Positions 1 to 10,080 of a stretch of DNA of 64,000 nucleotides are shown one piece after another. Every line of letters begins with the position of its first letter. Position 1 is the stretch's first letter. A program made the position numbers and the translations under genes. The DNA is from Gemmatimonas sp. (GTDB taxonomy: Bacteria; Pseudomonadota; Alphaproteobacteria; SMXQ01). Below the pieces are notes generated by a model. It did not search any database and was not told where the DNA came from. It saw nothing but the letters and a program-made list of their open reading frames with translations. The stretch is from assembly GCA_050260515.1 (NCBI GenBank), contig JBLNCI010000040.1, positions 48,331 through 112,330 of the forward strand, given 5' to 3'.

Positions 1-160
1 CGAGTTCCAGCCCAACGTGCCGCGAGCCTATGCGACCGAGGAGACCGAGGAGAGGATTCCCCTGCCCAAGGGCCGCTCGGCCGAGGCGTACGGCATCATC
101 GTCGGGCTCCAGTTGAGCCCGGCGGATCTCGAGTACAACCGGGCCCGGACGCAGCGCTGA
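1..160 (+). CDS. 3' end of an upstream gene (C-terminal ~52 codons, product unknown)
   Basis: Reading frame 2 is open from the window edge to the TGA at 158-160. No recognisable motif. The glycine riboswitch follows. Confidence 0.3.
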   Translation, partial: EFQPNVPRAYATEETEERIPLPKGRSAEAYGIIVGLQLSPADLEYNRARTQR

Positions 161-229
161 TCGCTGTGGATAACCGGCCACCGGCGCGCCTTGATTCCGC
201 TGGATTCCCGCACCCGCAGCCCTAAGATG

Positions 230-480
230 CGCCCACATCCTCTCCCCGCGGGAGAGACCGGCGGCCCGCTTCGGCGGGGCTCCGGCGCCGAAGGAGCAAC
301 CGCCCCGGAAACTCTCAGGCAAAAGGACCGCGGGGAGTTCGACACTCTGGAAAGCGGACGCGCCGATCGATCCGAGCGGCCCGTCCCACCGACGAAGTAA
401 GCCCGGCGGCGGCACTACCCGCCGAGCGAATCTTTCAGGTTCCCGCGACAGAGGGGGCGGGCGGCCATTCGGCCGCGATG
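230..480 (+). promoter_or_regulatory. Tandem glycine riboswitch (two aptamers) in the gcvT leader
   Basis: Aptamer 1 carries GGGAGAGACCGG...CGCCGAAGGAGCAACCGCC...CTCTCAGGCAAAAGGACCG. Aptamer 2 carries CTCTGGAAAGCGG...CCACCGACGAAGTAAGCC...CTTTCAGG. This matches the conserved glycine riboswitch core GGAGAG / ACCGAAGGGGCAA / CTCAGGCAAAAGGAC. It sits immediately 5' of gcvT. Confidence 0.8.
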
Positions 481-503
481 CTGCCGATTCGCGGGAGACG
501 TTC

Positions 504-1625
504 TTGACCTCAGCAGACAACCCCGGCGACGCCAAGCGGACACCGCTGTTCGACCTGCACACGCAGCTCGGCGGCAAGATGGTGCCGTTCGCGGGCTACG
601 CGCTGCCGGTGCAGTACCCGGCCGGCATCATCGCCGAGCACCTGCAATGCCGCGCCGCGGCAGCGCTGTTCGACGTCTCCCACATGGGGCAGGCGCGGCT
701 CCACGGCTCCGGCGCAGCCGCCGCGCTCGAGCGGCTGGTGCCGGCCGACATCCAGTCGCTGAAGCCGTTCGCCCAGCGCTACACGATGTTCACCAACGAT
801 GGGGGCGGCATTCTCGACGACCTGATGGCGACGCGGCTCCCCGACGGCGTGTTCCTGGTCGTCAACGCCGCGTGCAAGGACGCCGACTTCGCCCTTCTGA
901 AGGCCAACCTCCCGGGCGATGTCTCGCTCGAGGTCCTCGAGGAGCGCGCGCTGCTCGCGCTGCAGGGCCCCGCCGCCGAAGCGGCCTTGTGCCGCCTGGC
1001 GCCGAAGGTCGCCGCGCTCGGCTTCATGCGGGGCGCCTGGCTCGACATCCGCCACGTGCCGTGTTTCGTGACGCGCTCGGGCTACACCGGCGAGGACGGG
1101 TTCGAGATCTCGGTCCCGGCGAGCCATGCCTTCGCGCTCGCCGAGGACCTGCTGGCGCAGCCCGAGGTCAAGCCGGCCGGACTCGGCGCGCGCGACACGC
1201 TGCGCCTCGAGGCCGGGCTTTGCCTCTACGGGCACGACATCGACACGACGACGAGCCCGATCGAGGCGGGCCTCGCCTGGACGATCCAGAAGCGCCGCCG
1301 CACCGAGGGCGGGTTCCCGGGTGCTGCGCGCATCCAGCGCGAGCTCGCCGACGGGCCCAACCGTACCCGGGTCGGCATCAAACCGGACGGCCGAGCGCCG
1401 GCGCGCGATGGCACCGAGGTGACGGATGTCTCCGGCAACGTGATCGGCACCGTCACGTCGGGCGGCTTCGGCCCGACGGTCGGCGCGCCGATCGGAATGG
1501 GATATGTCGCCGCCGGCGCGGCAAAACCCGAGACGCCGATTCGTCTGACGGTGCGCAACAACGCCATGCCTGGCCGCATCAAGCCGCTGCCGTTCGTGCC
1601 GCACCGTTACCGCCGGCCGAGCTAG
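504..1625 (+). CDS. gcvT: Glycine cleavage system T protein (aminomethyltransferase)
   Basis: 373 aa, TTG start. The N-terminus [28 protein letters not shown] is typical of GcvT. It is the first gene of the gcvTHP operon. Confidence 0.92.
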   Translation: MTSADNPGDAKRTPLFDLHTQLGGKMVPFAGYALPVQYPAGIIAEHLQCRAAAALFDVSHMGQARLHGSGAAAALERLVPADIQSLKPFAQRYTMFTNDGGGILDDLMATRLPDGVFLVVNAACKDADFALLKANLPGDVSLEVLEERALLALQGPAAEAALCRLAPKVAALGFMRGAWLDIRHVPCFVTRSGYTGEDGFEISVPASHAFALAEDLLAQPEVKPAGLGARDTLRLEAGLCLYGHDIDTTTSPIEAGLAWTIQKRRRTEGGFPGAARIQRELADGPNRTRVGIKPDGRAPARDGTEVTDVSGNVIGTVTSGGFGPTVGAPIGMGYVAAGAAKPETPIRLTVRNNAMPGRIKPLPFVPHRYRRPS

Positions 1626-1654
1626 AACCTTACGAGAGCCCGCAGGAGAGAGAT

Positions 1655-2032
1655 GTGACCGAGAGCCGCTACACCGATCAACACGAATGGGTCCGCGTCG
1701 AGGGCGATGTCGCCGTCGTCGGCATCACCGACTACGCCCAGCAGCAACTGGGGGACGTCGTCTATGTCGAGCTGCCGGCGGTCGGCAAGGCCGTGAAGCA
1801 GGGCGGCGAGATGGCCGTCGTCGAATCGGTCAAGGCCGCGAGCGAGGTCTACGCGCCGGCGTCGGGCACCGTCACCGAGATCAACGACATGCTCGGCGCC
1901 TCGCCGCAAACGATCAACGAGGATGCCGAGGGCAAGGGGTGGTTCGCCAAGATCCGGCTTTCCGACAAGGCCGAGATCGGCAAGCTGATGGACGCCGCCG
2001 CGTACCGGAAGTTCGTCGAGGATCTCGGCTGA
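1655..2032 (+). CDS. gcvH: Glycine cleavage system H protein (lipoyl carrier)
   Basis: GTG start. The translation [41 protein letters not shown]...[15 protein letters not shown] contains the GcvH lipoyl-lysine region. The listed 647..2032 ORF is an artefactual N-terminal extension through gcvT. Confidence 0.9.
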   Translation: MTESRYTDQHEWVRVEGDVAVVGITDYAQQQLGDVVYVELPAVGKAVKQGGEMAVVESVKAASEVYAPASGTVTEINDMLGASPQTINEDAEGKGWFAKIRLSDKAEIGKLMDAAAYRKFVEDLG

Positions 2033-2101
2033 CCTTCGGCGCCGACTGCGCGAGCCTGACGCGCGCGTCGTCGCGAACGATTTCGACCTAAGGAATATTT
2101 C

Positions 2102-3448
2102 ATGCGTTACCTGCCGCTCACACCCGCCGACCGTCAGTCCATGCTGGCGACGATCGGCGTCCGCGCCGTCGACGACCTGTTCAAGGGCGTCCCGGAGCGC
2201 GCCCGCCTCAAGACTCCGCTCGACCTGCCCGACCACCAGGGCGAGCTCGAGGTCGAGCGCGAGATGGCGGCGCTGGCGGCGAAGAACGTTCCGGCGGGGG
2301 CGGCGGCGAGCTTCATCGGCAGCGGCGCCTACCGCCATCACGTTCCGGCGGCGGTCGATCACATCATCCAGCGCGGCGAGTTCCTGACCTCCTACACGCC
2401 GTACCAGCCGGAAATCTCCCAGGGCACGCTGCAGTACCTGTTCGAGTTCCAGACTCAGGTCGCGATGCTGACCGGCATGGAGGTCGCCAACGCCTCGATG
2501 TACGACAGCGCCACTGCCTGCGCCGAAGCCGTGCTGATGGCGCGCCGCATCACCCGGCGGCAGAAGGTGGTGATCTCGGGGAACCTCCATCCCCACTGGC
2601 GCGACACGGTGATTACCGCGACGCGTTACACCGACAGCAAGCTCGACATCGGCGCGCCGGCGCCCCGCGGCGGCGAGGTGCTCGAGTCCCATATCGATCC
2701 CGACACCGCCTGCGTGGTGGTGCAGAACCCCGACGCGTTCGGTCGCATGCGCGACGTCTCCGGGCTGGCCGAGCGGTGTCACGCCGCCGGCGCCCTGCTG
2801 GTCGTCGCCGTGACCGAGGTCGTGTCGCTGGGAGCGATCAAGTCGCCCGGCGAGATGGGGGCGGACATCGTCGTCTGCGAAGGCCAGTCGATCGGCAATG
2901 GCCTGAACTTCGGCGGACCGTACCTCGGTCTGTTCGCGACCCGCGAGCGGTTCGTCCGCCAGATGCCGGGACGACTTGCCGGCGAGACCGTCGACGCCGA
3001 CGGCCGGCGCGGCTTCGTGCTGACGCTGTCGACGCGCGAACAGCACATCCGCCGCGAGAAGGCGACCAGCAACATCTGCACCAACTCCGGGCTGTGCGCG
3101 CTCGCCTTCACGATCCACATGGCGCTGCTCGGCTCCGAGGGGCTCACGCGGCTCGCGCGGCTCAACCACTTCAAGGCAGTCATGCTCGCGGAGCGACTGG
3201 CGAGGGTGCCCGGCGTGAAGGTGCTCAACGATACCTTCTTCAACGAGTTCACGGTTGCGCTGCCCAGGCCCGCGGCCGCGGTTGTCGAGACCCTCGCGGC
3301 GAGGAAGATCTTCGCCGGAGTGCCGGCGACCCGGCTGTGGCCGGAGGCCACGGGCCTCGACAGCCTGCTGGTCGTCGCGGTCACCGAGACGTCGAACAAG
3401 GAAGAGATGGTTGAGTATAGCGAGGCGCTGACGGAGGCCGTGCGATGA
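2102..3448 (+). CDS. gcvPA: Glycine dehydrogenase (decarboxylating) subunit 1
   Basis: 448 aa with typical GcvPA N-terminus [19 protein letters not shown]. Its stop overlaps the gcvPB start by 4 nt. Confidence 0.92.
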   Translation: MRYLPLTPADRQSMLATIGVRAVDDLFKGVPERARLKTPLDLPDHQGELEVEREMAALAAKNVPAGAAASFIGSGAYRHHVPAAVDHIIQRGEFLTSYTPYQPEISQGTLQYLFEFQTQVAMLTGMEVANASMYDSATACAEAVLMARRITRRQKVVISGNLHPHWRDTVITATRYTDSKLDIGAPAPRGGEVLESHIDPDTACVVVQNPDAFGRMRDVSGLAERCHAAGALLVVAVTEVVSLGAIKSPGEMGADIVVCEGQSIGNGLNFGGPYLGLFATRERFVRQMPGRLAGETVDADGRRGFVLTLSTREQHIRREKATSNICTNSGLCALAFTIHMALLGSEGLTRLARLNHFKAVMLAERLARVPGVKVLNDTFFNEFTVALPRPAAAVVETLAARKIFAGVPATRLWPEATGLDSLLVVAVTETSNKEEMVEYSEALTEAVR

Positions 3449-4971
3449 GCAGCCTTCCGCCGAGCACGCCGTCGACCTTCACCGGAAACCGGGCCCTCCA
3501 GATCGAGGAGCCGCTCCTGTTCGAGCAGGACGCGCCCGGCCGCTGCGGCGTCGACATCCCGGAGGCGCCCGAGTTCAAGGACCGCCTCGGCGGTCTCGCC
3601 CGCGTGACGCCGCTCGGTCTTCCCGGGCTGTCGGAGCCGCAGGTGGTGCGTCACTTCACGCGGCTGTCGCAGAAGAACTACGCGATCGACGCCGGCATCT
3701 TCCCGCTCGGCTCGTGCACGATGAAGCACAACCCGCGGCTCAACGAGAAAATGGCGCGGCTGCCCGGCTTCGCCGACATCCATCCGCTGCAGCCGGTGTC
3801 GACCGTCCAGGGCGCGCTCGAGCTGATGGATCGGCTCGCCCACTGGCTGAAGACATTGACGGGCCTTCCAGCCGTCGCGCTCACGCCCGCCGCCGGCGCC
3901 CATGGCGAGTTCTGCGGCATGGCGACGATCCGCGCCGCCCACGCCGCGGCCGGACAGGAGCGCATGCGCGTGCTGGTGCCCGAATCGGCGCACGGCACGA
4001 ACCCCGCGACCGCCGCGGCGCTCGGCTATCACGTCGAGTCGATTCCGGCCAACGGGCGCGGCCGGGTCGATGTCGCGGCGCTCAAGGCGAAGCTCGGGCC
4101 CGACGTCGCCGCGATCATGGTGACCAACCCGAACACCTGCGGGCTGTTCGAGGACGAGATCGTGGAGATCGCCGACGCGACCCATGCGGCCGGGGCATAC
4201 TTCTACTGCGACGGTGCCAACTTCAACGCCATCGTCGGCAAGGTCAGGCCCGCCGATCTCGGCATCGACGTCATGCACATGAACTTGCACAAGACGTTCT
4301 CGACGCCCCACGGCGGCGGCGGTCCGGGCTCGGGCCCGGTGGCGCTCGCCGCGGCGCTGGCGCCGTTCGCGCCGCTGCCGTGGGTCGTCCACGGCAAGGA
4401 TGGATTCGCGCTGATCGAGACGGCGACCGGCGAGGCGTCGCGCAGCATCGGCCGCCTCAAGGCGTTCCACGGCCAGATGGGCATGTTCGTCCGCGCGCTC
4501 ACCTACATGCTGAGCCACGGCCGCGACGGCCTGAAGCAGGTCGCCGAAGACGCGGTGCTCAACGCCAACTATCTGCTCGCGCGGCTGAAGAACGAGCTCA
4601 GTCCGGCGTTCCCCGGCACCTGCATGCATGAGGCGCTGTTCGACGACAGGTTCCTCGACGGGACCGGTGTGTCCACGCTCGACTTCGCCAAGGCGCTGAT
4701 CGACGAAGGCTTTCACCCGACGACGATCTACTTCCCGCTGGTGGTCCACGGCGCGATGCTGATGGAGCCGACCGAAACGGAGTCGAAGGGGTCGCTCGAC
4801 CAGTTCGCCGACGCTGTACTGTCGCTCGCGCGGCGTGCCAAGGCGGGCGAGGGCGAGGCGTTCCACGCCGCCCCGCGCCTGAGCCCGCGCCGCCGTCTCG
4901 ACGAGACCCGCGCGGCGCGGACGCCCGTCCTGCGCTGGCGTCCTTCGGCGCCGAAGCAGGCGGCGGAGTAG
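3445..4971 (+). CDS. gcvPB: Glycine dehydrogenase (decarboxylating) subunit 2, PLP-dependent
   Basis: 508 aa, translationally coupled to gcvPA. It contains the PLP-lysine region [16 protein letters not shown]. Confidence 0.92.
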   Translation: MSSLPPSTPSTFTGNRALQIEEPLLFEQDAPGRCGVDIPEAPEFKDRLGGLARVTPLGLPGLSEPQVVRHFTRLSQKNYAIDAGIFPLGSCTMKHNPRLNEKMARLPGFADIHPLQPVSTVQGALELMDRLAHWLKTLTGLPAVALTPAAGAHGEFCGMATIRAAHAAAGQERMRVLVPESAHGTNPATAAALGYHVESIPANGRGRVDVAALKAKLGPDVAAIMVTNPNTCGLFEDEIVEIADATHAAGAYFYCDGANFNAIVGKVRPADLGIDVMHMNLHKTFSTPHGGGGPGSGPVALAAALAPFAPLPWVVHGKDGFALIETATGEASRSIGRLKAFHGQMGMFVRALTYMLSHGRDGLKQVAEDAVLNANYLLARLKNELSPAFPGTCMHEALFDDRFLDGTGVSTLDFAKALIDEGFHPTTIYFPLVVHGAMLMEPTETESKGSLDQFADAVLSLARRAKAGEGEAFHAAPRLSPRRRLDETRAARTPVLRWRPSAPKQAAE

Positions 4972-5066
4972 CCGCGGAGTAGCCAGCGAAGCGTTGCGGC
5001 ACGGCCGCGCCTCCGCTGCAACGCGGAGCGTCCTGCGGCGTTTAGGCGGCAGGACAGGAGGCCGCC

Positions 5067-5525
5067 ATGCTGCCAGCGACGACCCGCCGGGTGCCCGACC
5101 ACACCTCCGTGGCCGCCAATCAGCGCATTGCCGAGGACATCGAGGAGCGGGTGCGCTACTTCGCGCATCACCCCGAGGAGATCGGCCGACGGCTTCGTGA
5201 GCTCGACGAGGAGTGGGACATCGAGCGCATGATCGAGGCCAACGCCGCGACACTGGCGTTCACCGGGGTTGCGCTGGGCACGACCGTCGATCGGCGCTGG
5301 CTCGCGCTCCCGGCCCTCGTCGCCGGGTTCCTGCTGCAGCACGCGACCCAGGGGTGGTGCCCGCCGGTTCCGGTGCTGCGCCGCCTCGGCTTCCGCACCG
5401 AACGCGAGATCGACACCGAGCGCTGCGCGCTCAAGGCGCTGCGCGGCGACTTCGGCTCGATCGATGCCGACATCGGTGATCCCGACGCGGCCGCGATCCG
5501 TGCCATTGCCGCCGCCCGGGCCTGA
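5067..5525 (+). CDS. DUF2892-like small membrane protein (YgaP-like TM domain, GWCP motif)
   Basis: 152 aa. The C-terminal half has two hydrophobic helices flanking QGWCPPVPVLRRLGF. Confidence 0.45.
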   Translation: MLPATTRRVPDHTSVAANQRIAEDIEERVRYFAHHPEEIGRRLRELDEEWDIERMIEANAATLAFTGVALGTTVDRRWLALPALVAGFLLQHATQGWCPPVPVLRRLGFRTEREIDTERCALKALRGDFGSIDADIGDPDAAAIRAIAAARA

Positions 5526-5533
5526 GTGCGTCC

Positions 5534-6058
5534 ATGGCGGTGGATTCCGGGGAGGACATGGCGGGCTTCCCGGCGTCCGCGGGAATCCTGTTCGGGCTCG
5601 GGCTCGGCGGATTCTTCGACGGCATCGTCTTCCACCAGGTGCTGCAATGGCACCACATGCTGACGTCGGCTGGTTATCCGCCGACCACCGTCGAGAACCT
5701 CCGCATCAACACCCTGGCCGACGGGCTCTTCCACGTCACGACGTATATCTTCGTCGGCACAGGGCTCGTCGTCCTGTGGCGGGCGGCGCGGCGGCGCCAT
5801 GTGCGATGGTCGGGGAAGCTGCTCGCGGCGACGATCCTGATCGGCTTCGGCGCCTTCAACGTCGTCGAAGGTCTGGTCGATCACCAGCTTCTCGGCATCC
5901 ATCACGTCAACGAGACGGTGCCCCGCGGCCAGTGGATCTGGTGGGACACGGCCTTCCTCGCGTGGGGCGCGGCGATGCTGATCGGCGGATGGCTCCTGTT
6001 GCGGCGCGCACGCGCGGACACCGCGCACGGCGGTCCAGGCTCCGGCCGCGCGTACTAG
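5534..6058 (+). CDS. DUF2243 family integral membrane protein
   Basis: 174 aa. Contains GILFGLGLGGFFDGIVFHQVLQWHHML and several TM segments typical of DUF2243. It lies 8 nt after the preceding gene. Confidence 0.5.
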   Translation: MAVDSGEDMAGFPASAGILFGLGLGGFFDGIVFHQVLQWHHMLTSAGYPPTTVENLRINTLADGLFHVTTYIFVGTGLVVLWRAARRRHVRWSGKLLAATILIGFGAFNVVEGLVDHQLLGIHHVNETVPRGQWIWWDTAFLAWGAAMLIGGWLLLRRARADTAHGGPGSGRAY

Positions 6059-6084
6059 GCGACGTCCGCGCCGGTTGGAGCGGG

Positions 6085-7122
6085 CTATTGCTCGGCGTTG
6101 TAGAGCGCGAGCAGCCGCTTCTTGACGGACTCAGGGGCGCGATAGGTGTCGGCGATGATCGCCGCGATCTCGTCGCCGCTCGACGGACTGGTGCAGTCGA
6201 GATTCTGGTGCGCGCAGTCGTCGCGGAACTCGGCGCTGTGGACCGTCGCGTTGACGCCGTTCTTCAGCAGCGCCGCGCGATCGGCGGGGATTCCCGGCGG
6301 TGCCAGCATCGGGCGGCCGAGGTAGAAGGGTGCTGCGACGATGCGAAGAAGTGCACGGTCGTCCTCACTGGCGGCGAGATCGGTCGCCAGCGGCACGTTC
6401 TCCAGCCCGGGCTGGACGTCGCCGCTGTAGCGCAGCATGAACTTGATCTTCCTGTCGCGGATCCATTCGGAGCGGGTCGACTGCAGCGTCGACCAGAAGG
6501 AGGACGCATAGCCCTCGTTCTCGCCGCGTTCCATCGCGAGCAGAGCCTCGGCCAGACCCTTGTAGCCCGACACGGTCTTGATCTTGAGGCCGAACACCGC
6601 GGTCAGCACGCGCGAGTAGAACGCGCCGCCGGTCGCGGCTCCGGCCGAGCCGAGAATGAGCTCGCGGTTCTTGGCCTCGGCGATCGAGTTGACCGGCACC
6701 GTGTGCCACAAGAGGAAGACGCTGATCTCCTTGGTCGGGCTCCCGAGCCAATTGAACTTGGTCGGGTCGAAGTGCGCCTGCGACATCCCGTACAGCGGCG
6801 CGAACGGATTGCCGTTGTTGATCAGCCCGATGGTCAGGCCGTCCTTCGGCGCGACGTTGTAGAGGTAGTTGCTGGCGCGGAGGCCGCTCGCGCCGGGCAT
6901 GTTCTGGACGACGATGGCGGGACGGCCGGGGATGTGGTTCGGCAGCCACCGCGCCACCGTGCGGGCGTAGAGATCGTAGCCGCTGCCCGATTCCGTGCTG
7001 GCGACCAGCGTGAGCTGCTTTCCGGCGTAGACATCCGCGGCCTCGGCGCGGGTCCCGGCGCTGACGGCTACGGCGAAGGCGACGAGTCGCAATGCGACTC
7101 CGGCGGCGCGGTGCGCGAACAT
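6085..7122 (-). CDS. Periplasmic solute-binding protein, Bug/TctC (tripartite tricarboxylate transporter) family-like
   Basis: Start chosen at MFAHRAAGVALRLVAFAVAVSAGTRAEA (signal peptide). The motif IVVQNMPGASGLRASNYLYNVAPKDG resembles the Bug-family VENxPGAGG...APDG motif. The longer 392-aa ORF N-terminus is probably not translated. Confidence 0.5.
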   Translation of the reverse strand: MFAHRAAGVALRLVAFAVAVSAGTRAEAADVYAGKQLTLVASTESGSGYDLYARTVARWLPNHIPGRPAIVVQNMPGASGLRASNYLYNVAPKDGLTIGLINNGNPFAPLYGMSQAHFDPTKFNWLGSPTKEISVFLLWHTVPVNSIAEAKNRELILGSAGAATGGAFYSRVLTAVFGLKIKTVSGYKGLAEALLAMERGENEGYASSFWSTLQSTRSEWIRDRKIKFMLRYSGDVQPGLENVPLATDLAASEDDRALLRIVAAPFYLGRPMLAPPGIPADRAALLKNGVNATVHSAEFRDDCAHQNLDCTSPSSGDEIAAIIADTYRAPESVKKRLLALYNAEQ

Positions 7123-7288
7123 CTTGGCTCCCTGTTTGTCCATCCCGAGCGCGTGCCGGGCGAGTTCGAACACCTCGCCGAAGCGCCCGGTCGGGCACCG
7201 GTCGGGATTCCCCGCCGGCTTGTCGTTGGAGCCGATCTTCACCGCTTCCCGGCCAGGAGGCAACCCGCCGAGGCACGGCCACGGGCAA

Positions 7289-7320
7289 AGAAAAACCCCC
7301 GCGGGCGACCGCGGGGGTTC
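7289..7320 (-). terminator. Rho-independent terminator ending the atp operon
   Basis: On the minus strand the sequence reads CCCCCGCGGTCGCCCGCGGGGG followed by TTTTTCTTT. This is a GC-rich hairpin plus U-tract just downstream of the atpF stop. Confidence 0.7.
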
Positions 7321-7344
7321 GTCGTTGCAGCCGGAGAGCCGCGC

Positions 7345-7887
7345 CTAGTGGAGCTGCTTCGGCAGATTCTTGAGCGCCTCGTCGATCAGCGCGCCGGCGC
7401 GATCCTGCGACAGGCCGTCGGCGATCAGCTTGCGGGTGGCGGCGAGCGCCACCTCGACCGCCGCGTCGCGGACGTCCTTGGTCGCGCGCGCCTCGGCCTG
7501 GGCGATCTTCTCCATGGCGAGCTCCTCGCGGCGCTTCAGCGTCTGAGCGAGCTCCTTCTCGGCGTTCTCGCGCATCCGCTTGGCTTCGGCCTCGGCGTTG
7601 GCGACGATCTCGGAGGCCTCGCGCCCGGCGGCGGCGAGCTTGTGCTTGTAGCTCTCGAGCGCCGTGCGGGTCTCCTCGTAGAGCTTCTGGGCTTCGTCGA
7701 TGTTGCGCGCGATCTCGGCGGCGCGGGTGTCGAGCGCGCCGGTGACGGCGCGGGCGACCGGACGCGAGATCGCAACGATGAAGATCAGGAACGCGACGCC
7801 GAGCCAGAACTCGGGCGACTGGTAGAACGCTTCCTCGCCGTGGCCGGCGGCCTCGGCGGCAACGGCGGTGGAAATGAGGCCGAACAT
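7345..7887 (-). CDS. atpF: F0F1 ATP synthase subunit b
   Basis: 180 aa with an N-terminal TM helix followed by a long charged coiled coil, as expected for subunit b. It is last in the atpI-B-E-b'-b order. Confidence 0.88.
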   Translation of the reverse strand: MFGLISTAVAAEAAGHGEEAFYQSPEFWLGVAFLIFIVAISRPVARAVTGALDTRAAEIARNIDEAQKLYEETRTALESYKHKLAAAGREASEIVANAEAEAKRMRENAEKELAQTLKRREELAMEKIAQAEARATKDVRDAAVEVALAATRKLIADGLSQDRAGALIDEALKNLPKQLH

Positions 7888-8379
7888 CTAGCGCTTCTCC
7901 CCGCGGGCGGCGGCGACGGCGGCCGCCGCGGCGCCGGCGTCGACCGGCGCGCCGAGCAGCTTCTCGGCGGCGGCCTTGGCAATGTCCGCCGCGGCCTGAT
8001 TGATGCCCGTCAGCGCCTGGGCCTTGGCCCGCTCGACGGTCTGCTCGGCGTCGCGGCTCTTCGCCGCGAGCGCCTGACCCTGGGCTTCCATCCGGGCGTT
8101 CGCCTCGACCTTGGCCTTCTCCACCGCCTGGGTGACCTGGCTGTGGGCCTTGGCGCGGGCCTCGGCGATCGCCTTGTCGTAGCTGTCGCGGGCTGCCTCG
8201 GCCTCGGCCCGCAGCGCCTGGGCGGCGGCGAGGGTGCCCTCGGTCCGCGCCTTGCGCTCCTTCAGCACGGCGCGGATGCGCGGCAGAACGAACGCCGTCA
8301 TCAGCACGTAGAGGCCGATGAAGGTGATGGCGAGCCACACCAACTGCGGGAGGAAGGTCGAGACGTCGAGTTGCGGCAT
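7888..8379 (-). CDS. atpF2: F0F1 ATP synthase subunit b' (alphaproteobacterial second b subunit)
   Basis: 163 aa. MPQLDVSTFLPQLVWLAITFIGLYVLM gives a TM helix followed by a coiled coil. It directly abuts atpF. Confidence 0.85.
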   Translation of the reverse strand: MPQLDVSTFLPQLVWLAITFIGLYVLMTAFVLPRIRAVLKERKARTEGTLAAAQALRAEAEAARDSYDKAIAEARAKAHSQVTQAVEKAKVEANARMEAQGQALAAKSRDAEQTVERAKAQALTGINQAAADIAKAAAEKLLGAPVDAGAAAAAVAAARGEKR

Positions 8380-8436
8380 CTACATGATCCTAGGGACACC
8401 TAAGCCTGTGGGGGGCCGAAGCCCCCCGCGCGGCGA

Positions 8437-8661
8437 TTAGGAGAACAGGATGAGGAACGAGATCAGCAGGGCGTAGAGCGCGACCGCCTCGACGAGCGCG
8501 AAGCCCAGCATCGTGTACGGGAACACCACCGGACGGGCCGCCGGGTTGCGGGCGACCGACGAGATGAACGAGGCAAACACGTTGCCGATACCGACGCCGA
8601 CACCGGCGAGACCGATGACGGCGAGACCGGCGCCAATGAGCTTAGCGGCAGCAGCATCCAT
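8437..8661 (-). CDS. atpE: F0F1 ATP synthase subunit c (proteolipid)
   Basis: 74 aa hairpin proteolipid [18 protein letters not shown]...[18 protein letters not shown] with the conserved acidic residue. Confidence 0.92.
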   Translation of the reverse strand: MDAAAAKLIGAGLAVIGLAGVGVGIGNVFASFISSVARNPAARPVVFPYTMLGFALVEAVALYALLISFLILFS

Positions 8662-8712
8662 GACTTTTATCCTTAGCTTTGGTGGTGGTTGGGTGGTTGG
8701 AGGGAGCGCCGA

Positions 8713-9468
8713 TCAGTGCAGATGCAGCGCGTCGTGGAGGTAGAGGCAGGTGAGGATCGCGAACACGTAGGCCTGCAGCAGCGCGACCAGCAGCTCGAGC
8801 ACGTAGAGCGCGACGATGACCGCGAGCGGCGCGATGCCGAACACGCCGAGCAGGATCACGAAGCCCGCGAACACGTGCAGCATCGTGTGGCCCGCCATCA
8901 TGTTGGCGAACAGTCGCAGCGCCAGGGTCACCGGGCGCGCGAGGTAGGAGATGACCTCGATCGGCACCAGCAGCGGCGCCATGTAGAGCGGCGTGTCCGG
9001 GGGCAGGAAGTAGCTGAAGAACTTGACGCCGTGCTTGGCCAGCGCGACCAGCGTCACACCGAGGAAGACGACGGCGGCCAGCGCGAACGTCACGACGATG
9101 TGGCTGGTGACCGCGAACGCGCCCGGGACGAGGCCGATCAGGTTCGCGAACAGGATGAACATGAACAGCGTGAACACGAACGGGAAGAACGGCCGTGCGT
9201 CGTGCCCCGCGTTGTCGCGAATCATGCCCGAGACGAATTCGTAGAGGATCTCCGACATCGACTGCCAGCGGCCGGGAACCAGCGCCGCCTTGCGCATGCC
9301 GAGGACGAGGAACGCGGTCACGCCGAGGACGGCGACCGCCATGTAGAGGGAGGAGTTGGTGAAGGAGGCGTTCACCCCGCCGACCTGGATCGGAGCGAGG
9401 GTGTGGATCTCGAATTGCTCAAGCGGCGACGCCACGCGCGTTCCCCCTAAGGGTCTGTCGTTTCGCAC
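8713..9468 (-). CDS. atpB: F0F1 ATP synthase subunit a
   Basis: 251 aa polytopic protein. Contains LRLFANMMAGH, the conserved Arg-containing helix of subunit a. Confidence 0.9.
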   Translation of the reverse strand: MRNDRPLGGTRVASPLEQFEIHTLAPIQVGGVNASFTNSSLYMAVAVLGVTAFLVLGMRKAALVPGRWQSMSEILYEFVSGMIRDNAGHDARPFFPFVFTLFMFILFANLIGLVPGAFAVTSHIVVTFALAAVVFLGVTLVALAKHGVKFFSYFLPPDTPLYMAPLLVPIEVISYLARPVTLALRLFANMMAGHTMLHVFAGFVILLGVFGIAPLAVIVALYVLELLVALLQAYVFAILTCLYLHDALHLH

Positions 9469-9471
9469 GGC

Positions 9472-9825
9472 CTAGCGGCCGTCCGTCTCCTCGTCCTTCT
9501 CGACGACCGGGCGATAGCCGGGGCCCGCGCCGATCCCCGACACCGCGCGCCAGACGTTGAGAACGCCGGCGGCCGCGCCGAGGAAGAAGAACACCACCAT
9601 CAGCCACGGCTTGGTGCCGAGCCAGCGATCGAGGAACCACCCGATGCCGACACCGACCGCCAGAGCCGAGACCAGCTCGATACCGACGCGGAACGCGAGG
9701 CCAAGACCGCTCATCGGCTGCCCGCCGCTCCTCTTGCCGCCGCCGGTCCGGGAATCGACCCGGTCCTGAGCGGCCCGCAAGCGGGCGTCGAGGTCCTCCA
9801 GGGAGGGCGGTTTGCGCTCGTCCAT
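9472..9825 (-). CDS. atpI: ATP synthase protein I (AtpI)
   Basis: 117 aa small membrane protein with two TM helices. It is the first gene of the atp F0 operon. Confidence 0.7.
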   Translation of the reverse strand: MDERKPPSLEDLDARLRAAQDRVDSRTGGGKRSGGQPMSGLGLAFRVGIELVSALAVGVGIGWFLDRWLGTKPWLMVVFFFLGAAAGVLNVWRAVSGIGAGPGYRPVVEKDEETDGR

Positions 9826-10024
9826 GGGAAGGGTTACGCCGTAAGCGCGTGGCCGGAAGGGCCGCGCCGGAAAGCGCGCGCACCTTATAAAGCGGCCCCC
9901 CGGGTGTCAAGGCCGAACGGCGCCTGTGAGGGCGCCGAGAACGCCGGAAAATCAGGGGTTTCCGTGCTCCGCATCGGGCAGCGAAGCGGTCCCGCTTTGG
10001 GTAGGTTCACCGATCGCGAATCAT

Positions 10025-10056
10025 GAAAAAACCCCGGGGGCGCGCCCCCGGGGTTT
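10025..10056 (-). terminator. Rho-independent terminator downstream of smc
   Basis: On the minus strand the sequence reads GAAACCCCGGGGGCGCGCCCCCGGGG followed by TTTTTTCATGA. It lies immediately 3' of the smc stop. Confidence 0.75.
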
Positions 10057-10080
10057 CTCGGCTCGTCGGTGGCGCCCGCC

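Noticed and set aside
28-400. ORFs 28..345 (-) and 191..400 (+)
   Set aside because: They overlap the glycine riboswitch and the 3' end of the upstream gene, with no RBS or motifs. The region is explained by the riboswitch.
510-5253. Long antisense ORFs across gcvT/gcvH/gcvPA/gcvPB (e.g. 510..1604 -, 1622..3169 -, 2779..5253 -)
   Set aside because: They are antisense to the strongly supported gcv operon. They have no motifs and their Arg/Ala-rich composition is that of GC artefacts.
5269-8403. 1044-aa ORF on + strand, and 657-aa ORF 6365..8338 on - strand, overlapping the atp operon and the Bug-like gene
   Set aside because: Low-complexity Arg/Gly/Ala-rich translations typical of out-of-frame reading of high-GC DNA. 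They overlap well-supported ATP-synthase genes that show strong motif evidence.
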